Under the pieces are notes generated by a model. The model made no database searches. It saw nothing but the letters and a program-made list of their open reading frames with translations, and had not been told where the DNA came from. Shown piece by piece: positions 1 through 11,700 of a DNA stretch of 64,000 bases. Source of the stretch: Balanoglossus misakiensis (taxonomy: Eukaryota > Animalia > Hemichordata); assembly GCA_040954595.2 (NCBI GenBank), contig CM082593.2, forward strand, positions 10,739,477 through 10,803,476, in the 5' to 3' direction. The number at the start of each line of letters is the position of its first letter. Within the stretch, counting starts at the first letter, position 1. The position numbers and the translations under genes are program-made.

Positions 1-5
1 ATTAA

Positions 6-985
6 AGGGCCATTATCTATAACTTCAGGCTAGTTTATCAGTAATTTTGTTTTGTGTTTATTACACCTCACGTATTATACCGTTTTCGTGATTGGCTGAG
101 ACGCGCTCACGTGATATAGAAAAAAAAGTGATATAACATGGCTAGAGTTGATATAGCCCTGTCGCGTGCGCTGATATTGCCCGCTTGGTTGTTTTGGTGT
201 TCTGGGCACGACTTCTGCGCGTTCCAAACTGTCGTTCAATGGCTTCCTTCACGATCAGTCAACTCCCGCATCTATATGGCTTCAAAGCGACACACAGGCT
301 TAACACCTGTTCTACTGGATGATATTTTACTGCAAACGGGCAGTAAATACACCAAAATCGCAACCAACAGCGCAGTATTTTCAAAATAATCTAAGTTCGA
401 AGTAGGTATCGTATAATTCTTGGGAGATCGAGACATTTTACATTCTCAGCAACGTACGACATATGGACGCGAGTCTACATGCTACATGCTGCAGTGTATG
501 TACGTTCAAATGTTCGGCGTAATAAAATTAATAACACATTATGCTCGGGCAACATCACGATTTGAAGCCTGCCCTCGGGCTGGTGATCTCTGACCAAAAT
601 ATTGATGATACCCTCGCCTGCGGCTCGGGCATCATCAATATTATGGTCAGAGATCACCATCCCTCATGCAGGCTTCAAATCGTGATATTGCCCTCGCTAT
701 CATGTGTTATTATTTAAATTAAACACTTTTTCTTGTTCCTCTCCTCATGAGTAACCCATCACACCCAGCTCTCTGCTTGTCAACGAGTCATGTGTATGTG
801 TACTGACTGTTGTTATTATTTACGAATGTTTTCAAACAACAACAATGCCGATTGTGCCCTCATAGGTTTCGTTGAGAAGTTAAGACTATGGATTTAACTC
901 TGCCCTGCGTAGCTGAACAAGAAACTATAATTGATACACAGAATAGAAATACTGAAAAATGCAAAAAGTTACAGCTAATGGGGCT
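6..985. mobile_element. Degenerate TTAA-flanked (Kolobok-like) non-autonomous element, interrupted by a hairpin-ended element
   Basis: ttaaagggccattatctataact at the left end is an imperfect inverted match to agttacagctaatggggcttaa at about 967-988. Confidence 0.4.
529..712. mobile_element. Long terminal hairpin (about 85-bp arms) of a non-autonomous DNA element
   Basis: taataacacat..atcacgatttgaagcctgc..ggtgatctctgacca..aatattgatga is inverted as tcatcaatatt..tggtcagagatcacc..gcaggcttcaaatcgtgat..atgtgttatta. Confidence 0.8.
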
Positions 986-1079
986 TAAGTCATGAAACTG
1001 TGTTTATTTTCATGTATATTGGCTTGAGACAGCTCACTATTTATGATGTGCGTTGTGACATTTTTTTTATTCTTTTCAG

Positions 1080-1281
1080 TTTCTACATTTTGACACTGAA
1101 CTTTATCATGATACTGTTGTCATTGTCGAGGTGTCTGTGTTTGACCCATCCAAAGTTCTTGCCACATACAGTGGACCGGACCAGCCTGATGAAGTTATTA
1201 GCAGTGGTAATGCAATGTTGGTGAAATTTCTCTCAGATAGTTCGCATACTGCTACTGGCTTTGAAGCATCTTGGCAAGCAG
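1080..1281 (+). pseudogene. Exon: C-terminal half of a CUB domain
   Basis: ttttcag|FLHFDTELYHDTVVIVE...ATYSGPDQPDEVISSGNAMLVKFLSDSSHTATGFEASWQA|gtaata. Confidence 0.85.
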
Positions 1282-1574
1282 GTAATACCAAGTTTTATAC
1301 ATAATGTAAAACTGGAAATTTTCGCAAACGATAAATTTTCGCGAACTACACATAAACTTTGCATGTGTGGACACAAGGCAACTAAAAGCATTAATGCTCT
1401 GTGTTTACCTTAGGCAAATAGTGTCTCTGAAACGTTTCGAATTTTACCCTACGTGAACCTGGTATAACATTATAGATTGCACATGTAGGCAATATTTGCC
1501 CTACCTCGACTGTGATCTTGCTGATGTCCTGTTTGTGAAGTGTTTCTGTTAAGATGACTTCTTCTTTCTTTCAG

Positions 1575-1726
1575 TGTATTCTTTGTGTGGTGGGAATTTC
1601 ATAGCACAGTCATATAAACAGAATCTCAGCAGTACAGAATATTTTGAAGGCAAGAATTATCTCAACAATGAAGATTGTAACTGACAGCTGGCATCATTCA
1701 CAACAGAATTTGTTGTCACTTTACAG
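1575..1726 (+). pseudogene. Exon: N-terminal half of a CUB domain with an in-frame TGA
   Basis: YSLCGGNFIAQSYKQNLSSTEYFEGKNYLNNEDCN*QLASFTTEFVVTLQ; the stop at 1682-1684 replaces the Trp of the CUB CxW motif. Confidence 0.8.
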
Positions 1727-2481
1727 GTAGTGGATTCAGATGCAATTAATCGTGTGAGTTGTTTTACAGCATGACAAAAATTAGTAATTATATTTTTAAA
1801 AATACATTTTATTTTTGTCATTTCTGGTCAATTCTCAGTAGTCACTTTTCCGATTTCTTAAAATTTGGTTTACAAGGACCTACAATATTTGTTATTATGG
1901 TGTACATAAACATGTGACAAATATCAATACTGGGGAGGAGGGGGGTGGGTAGTTTTAGACATTTTTGGTCCAAAAGTCCACTTATGTCAGAAACGGCTCT
2001 TCCAGTTGTTTTGGATTTTGGTTTATTGGGATGTGAAAATATTCTTTATCAGATGTATTCTTATATTACCTCATCAATGCTAAAGGTGTCCTTATATTGT
2101 CCCTTTAAATCACTTAAAATCATTCCCAAAGAATTTCAACCCAGTAAGAATTGTAAGGATCACAGATCTATCTTCTTTTGCCATTCTTTCTGGAAGTTTA
2201 TAATATAAGCTAATCTGATACTGGGTCATTATGGAACTTTTTAACAGAAAAAATAACAAAATGTGAAAAAAGTTAAATGAGTTTAATTTGATAACTACAT
2301 GTATAACGACAGAAAGGTTTGACCTAAGGAAGTCATATACAGTTAACAGTCATTTCTTCTGTCGCGTACGACTTTTTATCCAGAAGGCAATTATTATGTG
2401 ATTTGATCCCCTAGCACAAAATAAAAGGCAGCCAGGATTACACCAAACCTGTGGATTGAATTCATTATTCCTTGTTTGGTA

Positions 2482-3231
2482 TTTTTAGCTTGGCTGTCAC
2501 TTGTGTCAGCCAAGCTGTAGCAGTAGGTTGATAAGTGTCCGTCTGTCGTCCGGCGTCCGTTGTCCGTCGTCCGTCAACTTTCGGTATTTCAATCTTCTTC
2601 GTTAAAACGACATTGCATATTTAGCTATAATTTGGTAGGAATGTGTGTTATGGTGCCCCTACCTGATTTTGTAAATTTGGATTTGATGGGGTCATAAATA
2701 TGCAAATTAGATCTAAAAATAGAATGTTGGTCAAACATTTTCTTCTCCCTAACTACATGTACGATGGAGCTGAAATTTGGCAGGAATGTGTGTTATGGTG
2801 CCCCTACCTGATTTCATAAATTTGGATATGATCGGGTCATGAATATGCAAATTAGATCTAAAAATATAATTTTTGGTAAAAAATCTTCTTCTCCCTAACT
2901 ACATGTACGATGGAGCTGAAATTTGGTAGAATGTGTGTTATGGTGCCCCTACCTGATTTTGTTTTATTGGAATTTTGATCGGGTCATGAATATGCAAATT
3001 AGTACCTTGGTACTTCCTTATGATGTTGTTCATTAGGAATAAATTCTTTCTTTCTTTAGCACAATGAATCAGGCTGAATGTGGATATTAAATACTTGTGA
3101 TGTCTATGTTTGGTTTTGTTTAATAGAATACAATTGTTATGATTAAAACCTAGGGTATTCATATCATTGCCCAGCTATAGGTTTCACTGTTAAAGTCAGC
3201 AGAGCTCTTTTGACCGATAGGTCACTTGTTT
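2482..3231 (+). mobile_element. Helentron-associated / pearl-like (HINE, DINE-1-type) non-autonomous element
   Basis: TTTTTAGCT start, short 5' hairpin (agcttggctg..cagccaagct), GTCC/GTCGTC microsatellite, about three ~145-bp core repeats, 3' tgacc-gata-ggtca hairpin followed by cttgttt. Confidence 0.75.
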
Positions 3232-3239
3232 CTTTAAAG

Positions 3240-3424
3240 GTTGCCAGGGAATTGAAATTCTGCGTAGTTTTGGCACGATTCAGTCACCAGGGTATGATGT
3301 TAGCACTTACCCTGATGATGTTATGTGTAGCTGGTTAATCAAGGAACCAACTGGAAGACCATTAACTCTTATCTTTGATGAGAACTTTGGATTAGAGAGG
3401 AACACAGATGTTGATTACATCATT
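3240..3424 (+). pseudogene. Exon: N-terminal half of a CUB domain
   Basis: CQGIEILRSFGTIQSPGYDVSTYPDDVMCSWLIKEPTGRPLTLIFDENFGLE...DYII|gtgagt. Confidence 0.85.
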
Positions 3425-3590
3425 GTGAGTATCAGATATGATCATGAGTCAGCCATGTTAAAAATATTTGTCATATTAAAAAATTTGTCATATTATTTTG
3501 CAGTGATTTTAGTTTGACAATTTTGGCAGACATTACTTCAAACTATACAACTTTGGAACACAATTTGGAAATTTAATTAATCACATATAT

Positions 3591-4038
3591 ACTGTAAAAC
3601 GGGATACTTTTGCAACATGAAATTTTCGCGTTATCAAAAGAGGCAAGTGTTATGCAACAATAACTTTTCACGTTCTTGTATTTCACTGCATCATTATCCC
3701 CGAAAAACATTTTTACGCAACTTTTTATTTTCATGTTTTGATGGCTCTCACGTAGATCGCGAAAATTTATTGTTTGCGAACATTTCCCATTTTACAGTAT
3801 GTTGAGTAGCTGTTACAGCAGGAAATGCAACAAGGATTGAATACTATAAAATTTTCGTGAACGATAAATTTTCGTAAACTATGTGAGAGCCAAAAAATAT
3901 GAAAATAAAAAGTCGCTTAAAATGCTTCAGAGATAACAATGCAGTAAAATATGGCAATGTGAAAATTAATTGTCGCGTAACAGTAGCCACCTTTGATATC
4001 GCGAAAATTTCCTGTTGTGAAGATTTCCCGTTTTACGG
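3591..4038. mobile_element. Two adjacent copies of the TA-flanked CTGTAAAAC MITE
   Basis: ta|ctgtaaaac...ttttacag|ta at about 3591-3797, plus a degenerate copy at about 3844-4038; same family as 4271-4476. Confidence 0.65.
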
Positions 4039-4077
4039 TATTTACAATGCATGCTTAATTTGTCTTTGTTTCTGAAG

Positions 4078-4261
4078 GTATACAATGGTACTGAGAGTGA
4101 TGATGATGTCATTATTGGTCCATGGAGTGGCAATTCTGATGGAGTCATTGATGGCACTGTGCCACCACCCGATTGCCGTACAGACATTGGACACTTTTCG
4201 GTTGTGTTCAGGAGTAGTAGAACACGACCAGCTAAAGGATTCAGGGCTTCATTTTCACCAG
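4078..4261 (+). pseudogene. Exon: C-terminal half of a CUB domain
   Basis: VYNGTESDDDVIIGPWSG...HFSVVFRSSRTRPAKGFRASFS, bounded by AG and GT. Confidence 0.85.
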
Positions 4262-4270
4262 GTACACATA

Positions 4271-4476
4271 CTGTAAAACACTTTATTTTCACGAGTTGAA
4301 ATTTTCGCGACATCGAGAGAGGCCACTGTTTCGCCAGTATTAATTTTCGCGTTCTCTTATTTCATTCATTGCATCTTTATCTTCAAAAAAATTACGCACC
4401 TTTTTATTTTCACGCTATTTTGGCTCTCGCGTATTTCGCGAAAATCTCTTGCTCGCGAAAATAAAGTGTTTTACAG
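4271..4476. mobile_element. MITE with TA TSD (Tc1/mariner-type)
   Basis: TIR ctgtaaaacactttattttc / gaaaataaagtgttttacag flanked by TA; further copies at about 6801-6995 and 31140-31320. Confidence 0.85.
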
Positions 4477-4697
4477 TAACTTACTAACATTTCAGAAAAA
4501 GTTGTTACAGAATTCTTAGAAACACACTCTCCCTTTATTCCTTGTGATTTAGAGTCATTAATTGAAAGGTGCAAATGTTTTTGAATTTTTACGAAACTTC
4601 AAAGAGCTGGAAAAACAGAGACAGTAATTTCTTACAATTGCAATGCAATTTTGGACCATTGACAGGAATGGCAACACTCTTGTATCACACTCAATAA

Positions 4698-4921
4698 AGT
4701 GATGGGGTCGTCGCACTGCGTTTGTTTGTTTATAAACATTGCAATTCATCCACAAATCCCTGAAATTAGACAGCCACGACCTACTAGGATCTTCAGTTGC
4801 TGTCATGGACAGTCTAGGATACTGTCAGCTGCTTCGTTCATTCTAAGAATTATCTTATTTGAGGGATTTGTGGATGAATTGTAATGTTTATAAACAAACG
4901 CATTGCGACGACCCCTTCACT
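4698..4921. mobile_element. Palindromic MITE with (A/T)TAA flanks
   Basis: agtgatggggtcgtcgca..tttataaacattgcaattcatccacaaatccct is inverted at about 4862-4921. Confidence 0.7.
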
Positions 4922-4996
4922 TTAAAACAACTGACATTTATGAGTTTAAGTATTTGTCTGCATGCATTCTTATCATTGTGATCCTTGTTCTGACAG

Positions 4997-5098
4997 ACTG
5001 TCCCGAAATTGTGATTAGTGAGGGCGTGGTGACCAGTACAGAGATAGAAGGTATGATGTCTCTGTCTCATTCCAATGCTCGGACGGTTATCCAGTAGT
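4997..5098 (+). pseudogene. Frameshifted, truncated Sushi exon
   Basis: DCPEIVISEGVVTST, then after a GA slip DRRYDVSVSFQCSDGY, cut off by a ttaaagggga.gtccggt repeat that recurs at about 8432. Confidence 0.65.
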
Positions 5099-5342
5099 TA
5101 AAGGGGATGTCCGGTCTAGCTGATATCTACATAATTTTGTAGCTTTGAGGTCACTCTTTCAGGAAAAAAAAAACATTTTTGCCGTGTATAAGTCGTACCA
5201 GCTATGCAAATATGCCTAGCCTGGTGTCTTGTATCCAAGATAATTAATGAAAAAAGTGCAGTGATGAGAGAGACTTAATTTGTCTCTTGAATCTATTGTT
5301 AGCAACAACTTGAATGACACTAATTTGTTGTTTATTTTTTAG

Positions 5343-5522
5343 GAATAACATGTGGTGGACCCCCTGAGTGCAGCAATGGAATTCTTACCAATGTTACCAG
5401 TACAGTGTATGGTGGCATTGCTTATTATCAATGCATTGAGGGCTATCAGTTTATAAATAATGTGTCTTCATTGGAATGCCAAGCAGATGGTGTCTGGGGT
5501 CCACTTGTGCCCCAATGCGAGC
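5343..5522 (+). pseudogene. Sushi/CCP exon
   Basis: ITCGGPPECSNGILTNVTSTVYGGIAYYQCIEGYQF...ECQADGVWGPLVPQCE, phase 1-1, AG/GT. Confidence 0.88.
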
Positions 5523-5625
5523 GTAAGTTGATATTTTTGAAAACAATTAAACTGCCATTGTAGTGCACACTTAGGAGACGGATTTTCAGAAAAATGTTAG
5601 TCCTCTGAACCTTTCAGTGCTTTAA

Positions 5626-5925
5626 AGCCACTAGAGCTGCCACTTTTTGCATTTATTTTCAGATTTTATTTTCCGACGTAGATTGGTACATTGAAATAAT
5701 TAAGCTTACTGATAGGGATACAAGAACATGTCATCAATGCCTGATTGTGGCTGTATGTTGCAATTTAAACGTGCAATGTATTAAACAGGTGCCGTACCCA
5801 TTTTATTAAAATCAGCCTCCATACAAACAGTATGCAGCTAGCTATCGTGGTATGCATCACCATAGATTTGAAAGGTTTTACTGTGGAAAAGAAAAAAATT
5901 GTGAAATTTGGCAGCTCTAGAGGCT
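5626..5925. mobile_element. TTAA-TSD MITE (Kolobok-like)
   Basis: ttaa|agccactagagctgcca ... tggcagctctagaggct|ttaa. Confidence 0.75.
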
Positions 5926-6226
5926 TTAAAGTGTGTGATGAGTCGTTTTGAAAACAAAGTATAACACAGGGTGTTCACTGTCATGTTTTCATAAAAATCA
6001 CTGACTCAAGTTGAAATTCTCTCCATAGCGTTATGATGGGGCACTTTGTGCTGGTTGCTACATTCCACATGGGTGTCTAATTGGGACATTACACACTGAA
6101 TGTTAAACCAGACACTGGTAACTTGAAAATATGCAGGATTGTGAGGGTTACTGCTACATGTCCCTCTAAACCATTTTCCTAGTATTAACACACTTGTAAT
6201 GTTATCTGTTCATCTTATCCAAACAG

Positions 6227-6607
6227 CTCGCGAGTGTCCACCACCGAATGTAGACAACTACTTATCATATGAAATTGTTAATGGTGATTCATTGATTTTT
6301 GGAACAACCGTTGCCTACTCATGTCCATCTGGCTACAGTCTGACTGGCTACACTGTCTCTACATGTGGTGAAGATGGATCATGGATTGGAGATCCAGGAT
6401 ACTGTCAACGTAAGTCATTTAAGGATGTACATTCAGTAAAATTGAAAATATGGTCATTTCTTTTAATTGTTGTCCCTGATAGTGGACCATATTATATGGG
6501 CAGTAACATCACATTCTATTGTAATGCTGGCTATGAATTAAATGGTGCTGATTACCTGACTTGTCAATCCGATTTACAGTGGAATAGTGCAATACCATCA
6601 TGCATTG
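6227..6607 (+). pseudogene. Sushi exon (6227-6409) plus a 5'-truncated Sushi exon (about 6460-6607)
   Basis: RECPPPNVDNY..FGTTVAYSCPSGYSLTG..CGEDGSWIGDPGYCQ|gtaagt; then ..GPYYMGSNITFYCNAGYELNGADYLTCQSDLQWNSAIPSCI|gtaagt, which lacks its first Cys and a plausible acceptor. Confidence 0.8.
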
Positions 6608-7084
6608 GTAAGTTCACATCAAGATTGGTCTTCATGTGGTTGTCTGCTTATGAGGTACCGTAATCGATCACTCCAGTAATTTGACTATTTATCATAAATG
6701 TCACCTAAACTACATGCTGATAGGACATACAGTTCATGCCATGCAAATCTATGGCTGTCAGAAATTTCATGATTTTCGTAATTTTATTTTTCATTGATTA
6801 CTGTAAAACAGGAAATTTTCGCGCAAAGAAATTTTTTGCGATATCAAAAGCAGAAACTGTTATGAGACGATTAATTTTCATGTTCTCGTATTTCACTACA
6901 TTGTTATCACTGAAAATAGTTTTTTACACAAAAATGTCTTTTTTTGGGGGGCTCTTGCATAGTTCGCGAAAATTTGTTTGTGAAAATTTCCTGTTGGTCT
7001 GGTGGTTCCCGGCTAAACTTGTTGGTCTGAATTTACCAGCGGACCTGTGGGATTTTGATCATATCTTGATGAATAACATTTCAG

Positions 7085-7213
7085 ATATCAATGAATGTAG
7101 TACATTGGTGGCACGGTGTGGAATCAATCAAGTCTGTGAAAATAGAGATGGTGACTATCAGTGTGCATGTTTGGTGGGATTTGAACCAGATGTGAATGGA
7201 ACAGCATGCAAAG
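7085..7213 (+). pseudogene. Calcium-binding EGF exon
   Basis: DINECSTLVARCGINQVCENRDGDYQCACLVGFEPDVNGTACK. Confidence 0.88.
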
Positions 7214-7345
7214 GTGAGACATAAACAAGTCACTTGCAACATAACTTCAAGTCACTATTTTCACATTTAACACATTCCGAACTTATTTCAGAATTCCGGA
7301 TAAATTTTTGGAATGACCTTTTAATCTCAGGTGTCTTTTTCTCAT

Positions 7346-7690
7346 AGGATTACATTGATAATTGCTAGAAAACAAACTTCTACTATTGTCATTTTCACGA
7401 AATTTTACACATAGCTCAGTCTAGTAAATATAAATTCATTGGTCAAATAAAATTGTGTGATTACAATGCTCTATTTTGAGATAAATTTCTTTAAGGTTTT
7501 TGTCCATAGACAAACCATTGGTGAACCATGCTGAGTCAGCAGGTTTCTTCTATTATCAACTAAATTAATGGCCTTGTATTTCAAAAGCAAGCAAGGTGAC
7601 GCCTTTATTTTATCACAGATTCATCTTGTACGTACACAAGATAATCCCAAAATTCACGATTAAAAGAAATGACAATACTTTCAATTTTAC
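7346..7690 (+). repeat. Dispersed repeat; second copy at about 54788-55128
   Basis: Both loci share aggattacat.gataattgc.agaaaacaaacttctactattgtc...agacaaaccattggtgaa...atgacaatactttcaa. Confidence 0.75.
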
Positions 7691-7734
7691 TGAACGTACA
7701 TTGTTTTAATCCAATCCATGTTCCTTCTTTGTAG

Positions 7735-7920
7735 ATATAAATGAATGTGCTTCACATTCTTGTGATCAACTTTGTAAAAACACTGCAGGTGGTTTTCAAT
7801 GTTCCTGTGAAGAAGGCTATCTCTTATATGCAAATAACGGCACAGGTGGATTCTATCTGCCACCTGGAGAAACTGGTCTCTCAATGTATGATGTCTACAC
7901 TTTTAACCAATCATGTGTTC
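7735..7920 (+). pseudogene. Calcium-binding EGF exon with a Uif-type insert
   Basis: gtag|DINEC...GYLLYANNGTGGFYLPPGETGLSMYDVYTFNQSCV|gtaagt. Confidence 0.85.
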
Positions 7921-8754
7921 GTAAGTATCATGTTAAACTATAGAGTTAAAGGTATATGATCACCCATGGAAAATTAGCTATATATAGTTACCATGGAAAA
8001 TTGAAATCTAGCCAATCACAGATTTTCATTTGGTGGCACACGTGGAAAACAGGCGCCACCATATGTTCTTTAGAATGCTCAAATACGCCATTCAGCCATA
8101 TATGGGAATGTGTATTGAAGGTGACTGTATACTTTTAACCAAGATTTGTCATATTATTGACCTTTATACCGCAATGAATTTGCAGCAACAAAAAGTGGAC
8201 AAAAAGCTGAATTTCATAATTGGATTTCATAATTTTGCCGTAATTCAATAATGAAATGTGGAGAAAGTAAGCAGACCAACTTTGCACTGTTATTATTTAT
8301 TTTGGATTTGTTTCCCTCCTGCTAACAAAAGTGTCCTCTCACCTCATGGCATGAAGATGCATTGAATTCTGAGAAAAAGGGGATTAATACTTGAGTGTAT
8401 TTACAAAGACAAACAAGCTCACTGGTAGCATTTAAAGGGGAAGTCCGGTTCAGCTACATAATTGGGTAGCTTTGAGGTCATTCTTTCAGAAAAAAACATT
8501 GTGTAGAAATTATGCATAAATCAGCTGGACAGGACTTCCCTTTTAATATTTCCAAGCAAGGCAATTGGTTTACTGCAACAATTACTTTGAAAACACAGTG
8601 TAAAACAACAATCATGATATGAATGTTACTTTAATAGATAGTCATACTTATATAAGCATGACTGTCTATGTTGGTCTGTAAGTTGTATTTGAAAGAAAAG
8701 TTTCATGTACGAATAGTACAAAGATTGACATTTAGTCCACAAAACCTACCATTA

Positions 8755-11700
8755 ACATTAACCAGAGCACACAGTAACCAGGCCAGAGTGGCCAGTATCG
8801 TGCCCATTAATTTTGAGTGTTTGATAGGGGTCAACCTTTGCGTGAACATTAACCAGAGCACACAGTAACCAGGCCGTAGTGGACAGTGTTCTGCCCATTA
8901 ATTTTGAGTGTTTGGTGGGGTCAACCTTTGCGTCAACATTAACCAGAGCACACAGTAACCAGGCCATAGTGGACAGTGTGCTGCCCATTAATTTTGAGTG
9001 TTTGGTGGGGTCAACCTTTGCGTCAACATTAACCAGAGCACACAGTAACCAGGCCGTAGTGGACAGTGTTCTGCCCATTAATTTTGAGTGTTTGGTGGGG
9101 TCAACCTTTGCGTCAACATTAACCAGAGCACACAGTAACCAGGCCGTAGTGGACAGTGTTCTGCCCATTAATTTTGAGTGTTTGGTGGGGTCAACCTTTG
9201 CGTCAACATTAACCAGAGCACACAGTAACCAGGCCGTAGTGGACAGTGTTCTGCCCATTAATTTTGAGTGTTTGGTGGGGTCAACCTTTGCGTCAACATT
9301 AACTAGGCCAGAGTGGCCAGTATCGTGCCCATTAAGTTTTAGTGTTTGGTGGGGTCAACCTTTGCGTCAACATTAACTAGGCCAGAGTGGCCAGTATCGT
9401 GCCCATTAATTTTGAGTGTTTGGTGGGGTCAACCTTTGCGTCAACATTAACTAGGCCAGAGTGGCCAGTATCGTGCCCATTAATTTTGAGTGTTTGGTGG
9501 GGTCAACCTTTGCGTCAACATTAACTAGGCCAGAGTGGCCAGTATCGTGCCCATTAATTTTGAGTGTTTGGTGGGGGTCAACCTTTGCGTCAACATTAAC
9601 CAGAGCACACAGTAACCAGGCCGTAGTGGACAGTGTTCTGCCCATTAATTTTGAGTGTTTGGTGGGGTCAACCTTTGCGTCAACATTAACCAGAGCACAC
9701 AGTAACCAGGCCATAGTGGACAGTGTGCTGCCCATTAATTTTGAGTGTTTGGTGGGGTCAACCTTTGCGTCAACATTAACCAGAGCACACAGTAACCAGG
9801 CCATAGTGGACAGTGTTCTGCCCATTAATTTTGAGTGTTTGGTGGGGTCAACCTTTGCGTCAACATTAACCAGAGCACACAGTAACCAGGCCGTAGTGGA
9901 CAGTGTTCTGCCCATTAATTTTGAGTGTTTGGTGGGGTCAACCTTTGCGTCAACATTAACCAGAGCACACAGTAACCAGGCCGTAGTGGACAGTGTTCTG
10001 CCCATTAATTTTGAGTGTTTGGTGGGGTCAACCTTTGCGTCAACATTAACCAGAGCACACAGTAACCAGGCCGTAGTGGACAGTGTTCTGCCCATTAATT
10101 TTGAGTGTTTGGTGGGGTCAACCTTTGCGTCAACATTAACCAGAGCACACAGTAACCAGGCCATAGTGGACAGTGTTCTGCCCATTAATTTTGAGTGTTT
10201 GGTGGGGTCAACCTTTGCGTCAACATTAACCAGAGCACACAGTAACCAGGCCATAGTGGACAGTGTTCTGCCCATTAATTTTGAGTGTTTGGTGGGGTCA
10301 ACCTTTGCGTCAACATTAACCAGAGCACACAGTAACCAGGCCGTAGTGGACAGTGTTCTGGCCATTAATTTTGAGTGTTTGGTGGGGTCAACCTTTGCGT
10401 CAACATTAACCAGAGCACACAGTAACCAGGCCGTAGTGGACAGTGTTCTGGCCATTAATTTTGAGTGTTTGGTGGGGTCAACCTTTGCGTCAACATTAAC
10501 CAGAGCACACAGTAACCAGGCCGTAGTGGACAGTGTTCTGGCCATTAATTTTGAGTGTTTGGTGGGGTCAACCTTTGCGTCAACATTAACCAGAGCACAC
10601 AGTAACCAGGCCGTAGTGGACAGTGTTCTGCCCATTAATTTTGAGTGTTTGGTGGGGTCAACCTTTGCGTCAACATTAACCAGAGCACACAGTAACCAGG
10701 CCGTAGTGGACAGTGTTCTGCCCATTAATTTTGAGTGTTTGGTGGGGTCAACCTTTGCGTCAACATTAACCAGAGCACACAGTAACCAGGCCGTAGTGGA
10801 CAGTGTTCTGCCCATTAATTTTGAGTGTTTGGTGGGGTCAACCTTTGCGTCAACATTAACCAGAGCACACAGTAACCAGGCCGTAGTGGACAGTGTTCTG
10901 CCCATTAATTTTGAGTGTTTGGTGGGGTCAACCTTTGCGTCAACATTAACCAGAGCACACAGTAACCAGGCCATAGTGGACAGTGTGCTGCCCATTAATT
11001 TTGAGTGTTTGGTGGGGTCAACCTTTGCGTCAACATTAACCAGAGCACACAGTAACCAGGCCGTAGTGGACAGTGTTCTGCCCATTAATTTTGAGTGTTT
11101 GGTGGGGTCAACCTTTGCGTCAACATTAACCAGAGCACACAGTAACCAGGCCGTAGTGGACAGTGTTCTGCCCATTAATTTTGAGTGTTTGGTGGGGTCA
11201 ACCTTTGCGTCAACATTAACCAGAGCACACAGTAACCAGGCCGTAGTGGACAGTGTTCTGCCCATTAATTTTGAGTGTTTGGTGGGGTCAACCTTTGCGT
11301 CAACATTAACCAGAGCACACAGTAACCAGGCCGTAGTGGACAGTGTTCTGCCCATTAATTTTGAGTGTTTGGTGGGGTCAACCTTTGCGTCAACATTAAC
11401 CAGAGCACACAGTAACCAGGCCCTAGTGGACAGTGTTCTGCCCATTAATTTTGAGTGTTTGGTGGGGTCAACCTTTGCGTCAACATTAACCAGAGCACAC
11501 AGTAACCAGGCCGTAGTGGACAGTGTTCTGCCCATTAATTTTGAGTGTTTGGTGGGGTCAACCTTTGCGTCAACATTAACCAGAGCACACAGTAACCAGG
11601 CCCTAGTGGACAGTGTTCTGCCCATTAATTTTGAGTGTTTGGTGGGGTCAACCTTTGCGTCAACATTAACCAGAGCACACAGTAACCAGGCCGTAGTGGA

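Larger units (their letters stand above)
1080..7920 (+). pseudogene. Decayed fragment of an uninflatable(uif)-like CUB-CUB-CUB-Sushi x4-cbEGF x2 extracellular protein gene
   Basis: Exons read by hand: 1080-1281, 1575-1726, 3240-3424, 4078-4261, 4997-~5098, 5343-5522, 6227-6409, ~6460-6607, 7085-7213, 7735-7920. The last exon (DINECASHSCDQLCKNTAGGFQCSCEEGYLLYANNGTGGFYLPPGETG...YTFNQSCV) carries the long insert I recall from Uif EGF repeats. Lesions: TGA at 1682, a missing CUB half-exon, a frameshift near 5042 and a lost acceptor near 6450. Confidence 0.8.

Noticed and set aside
1682-1684. TGA as selenocysteine or readthrough
   Set aside because: It occupies a conserved Trp position, one transition away from TGG, and the gene has other independent lesions.
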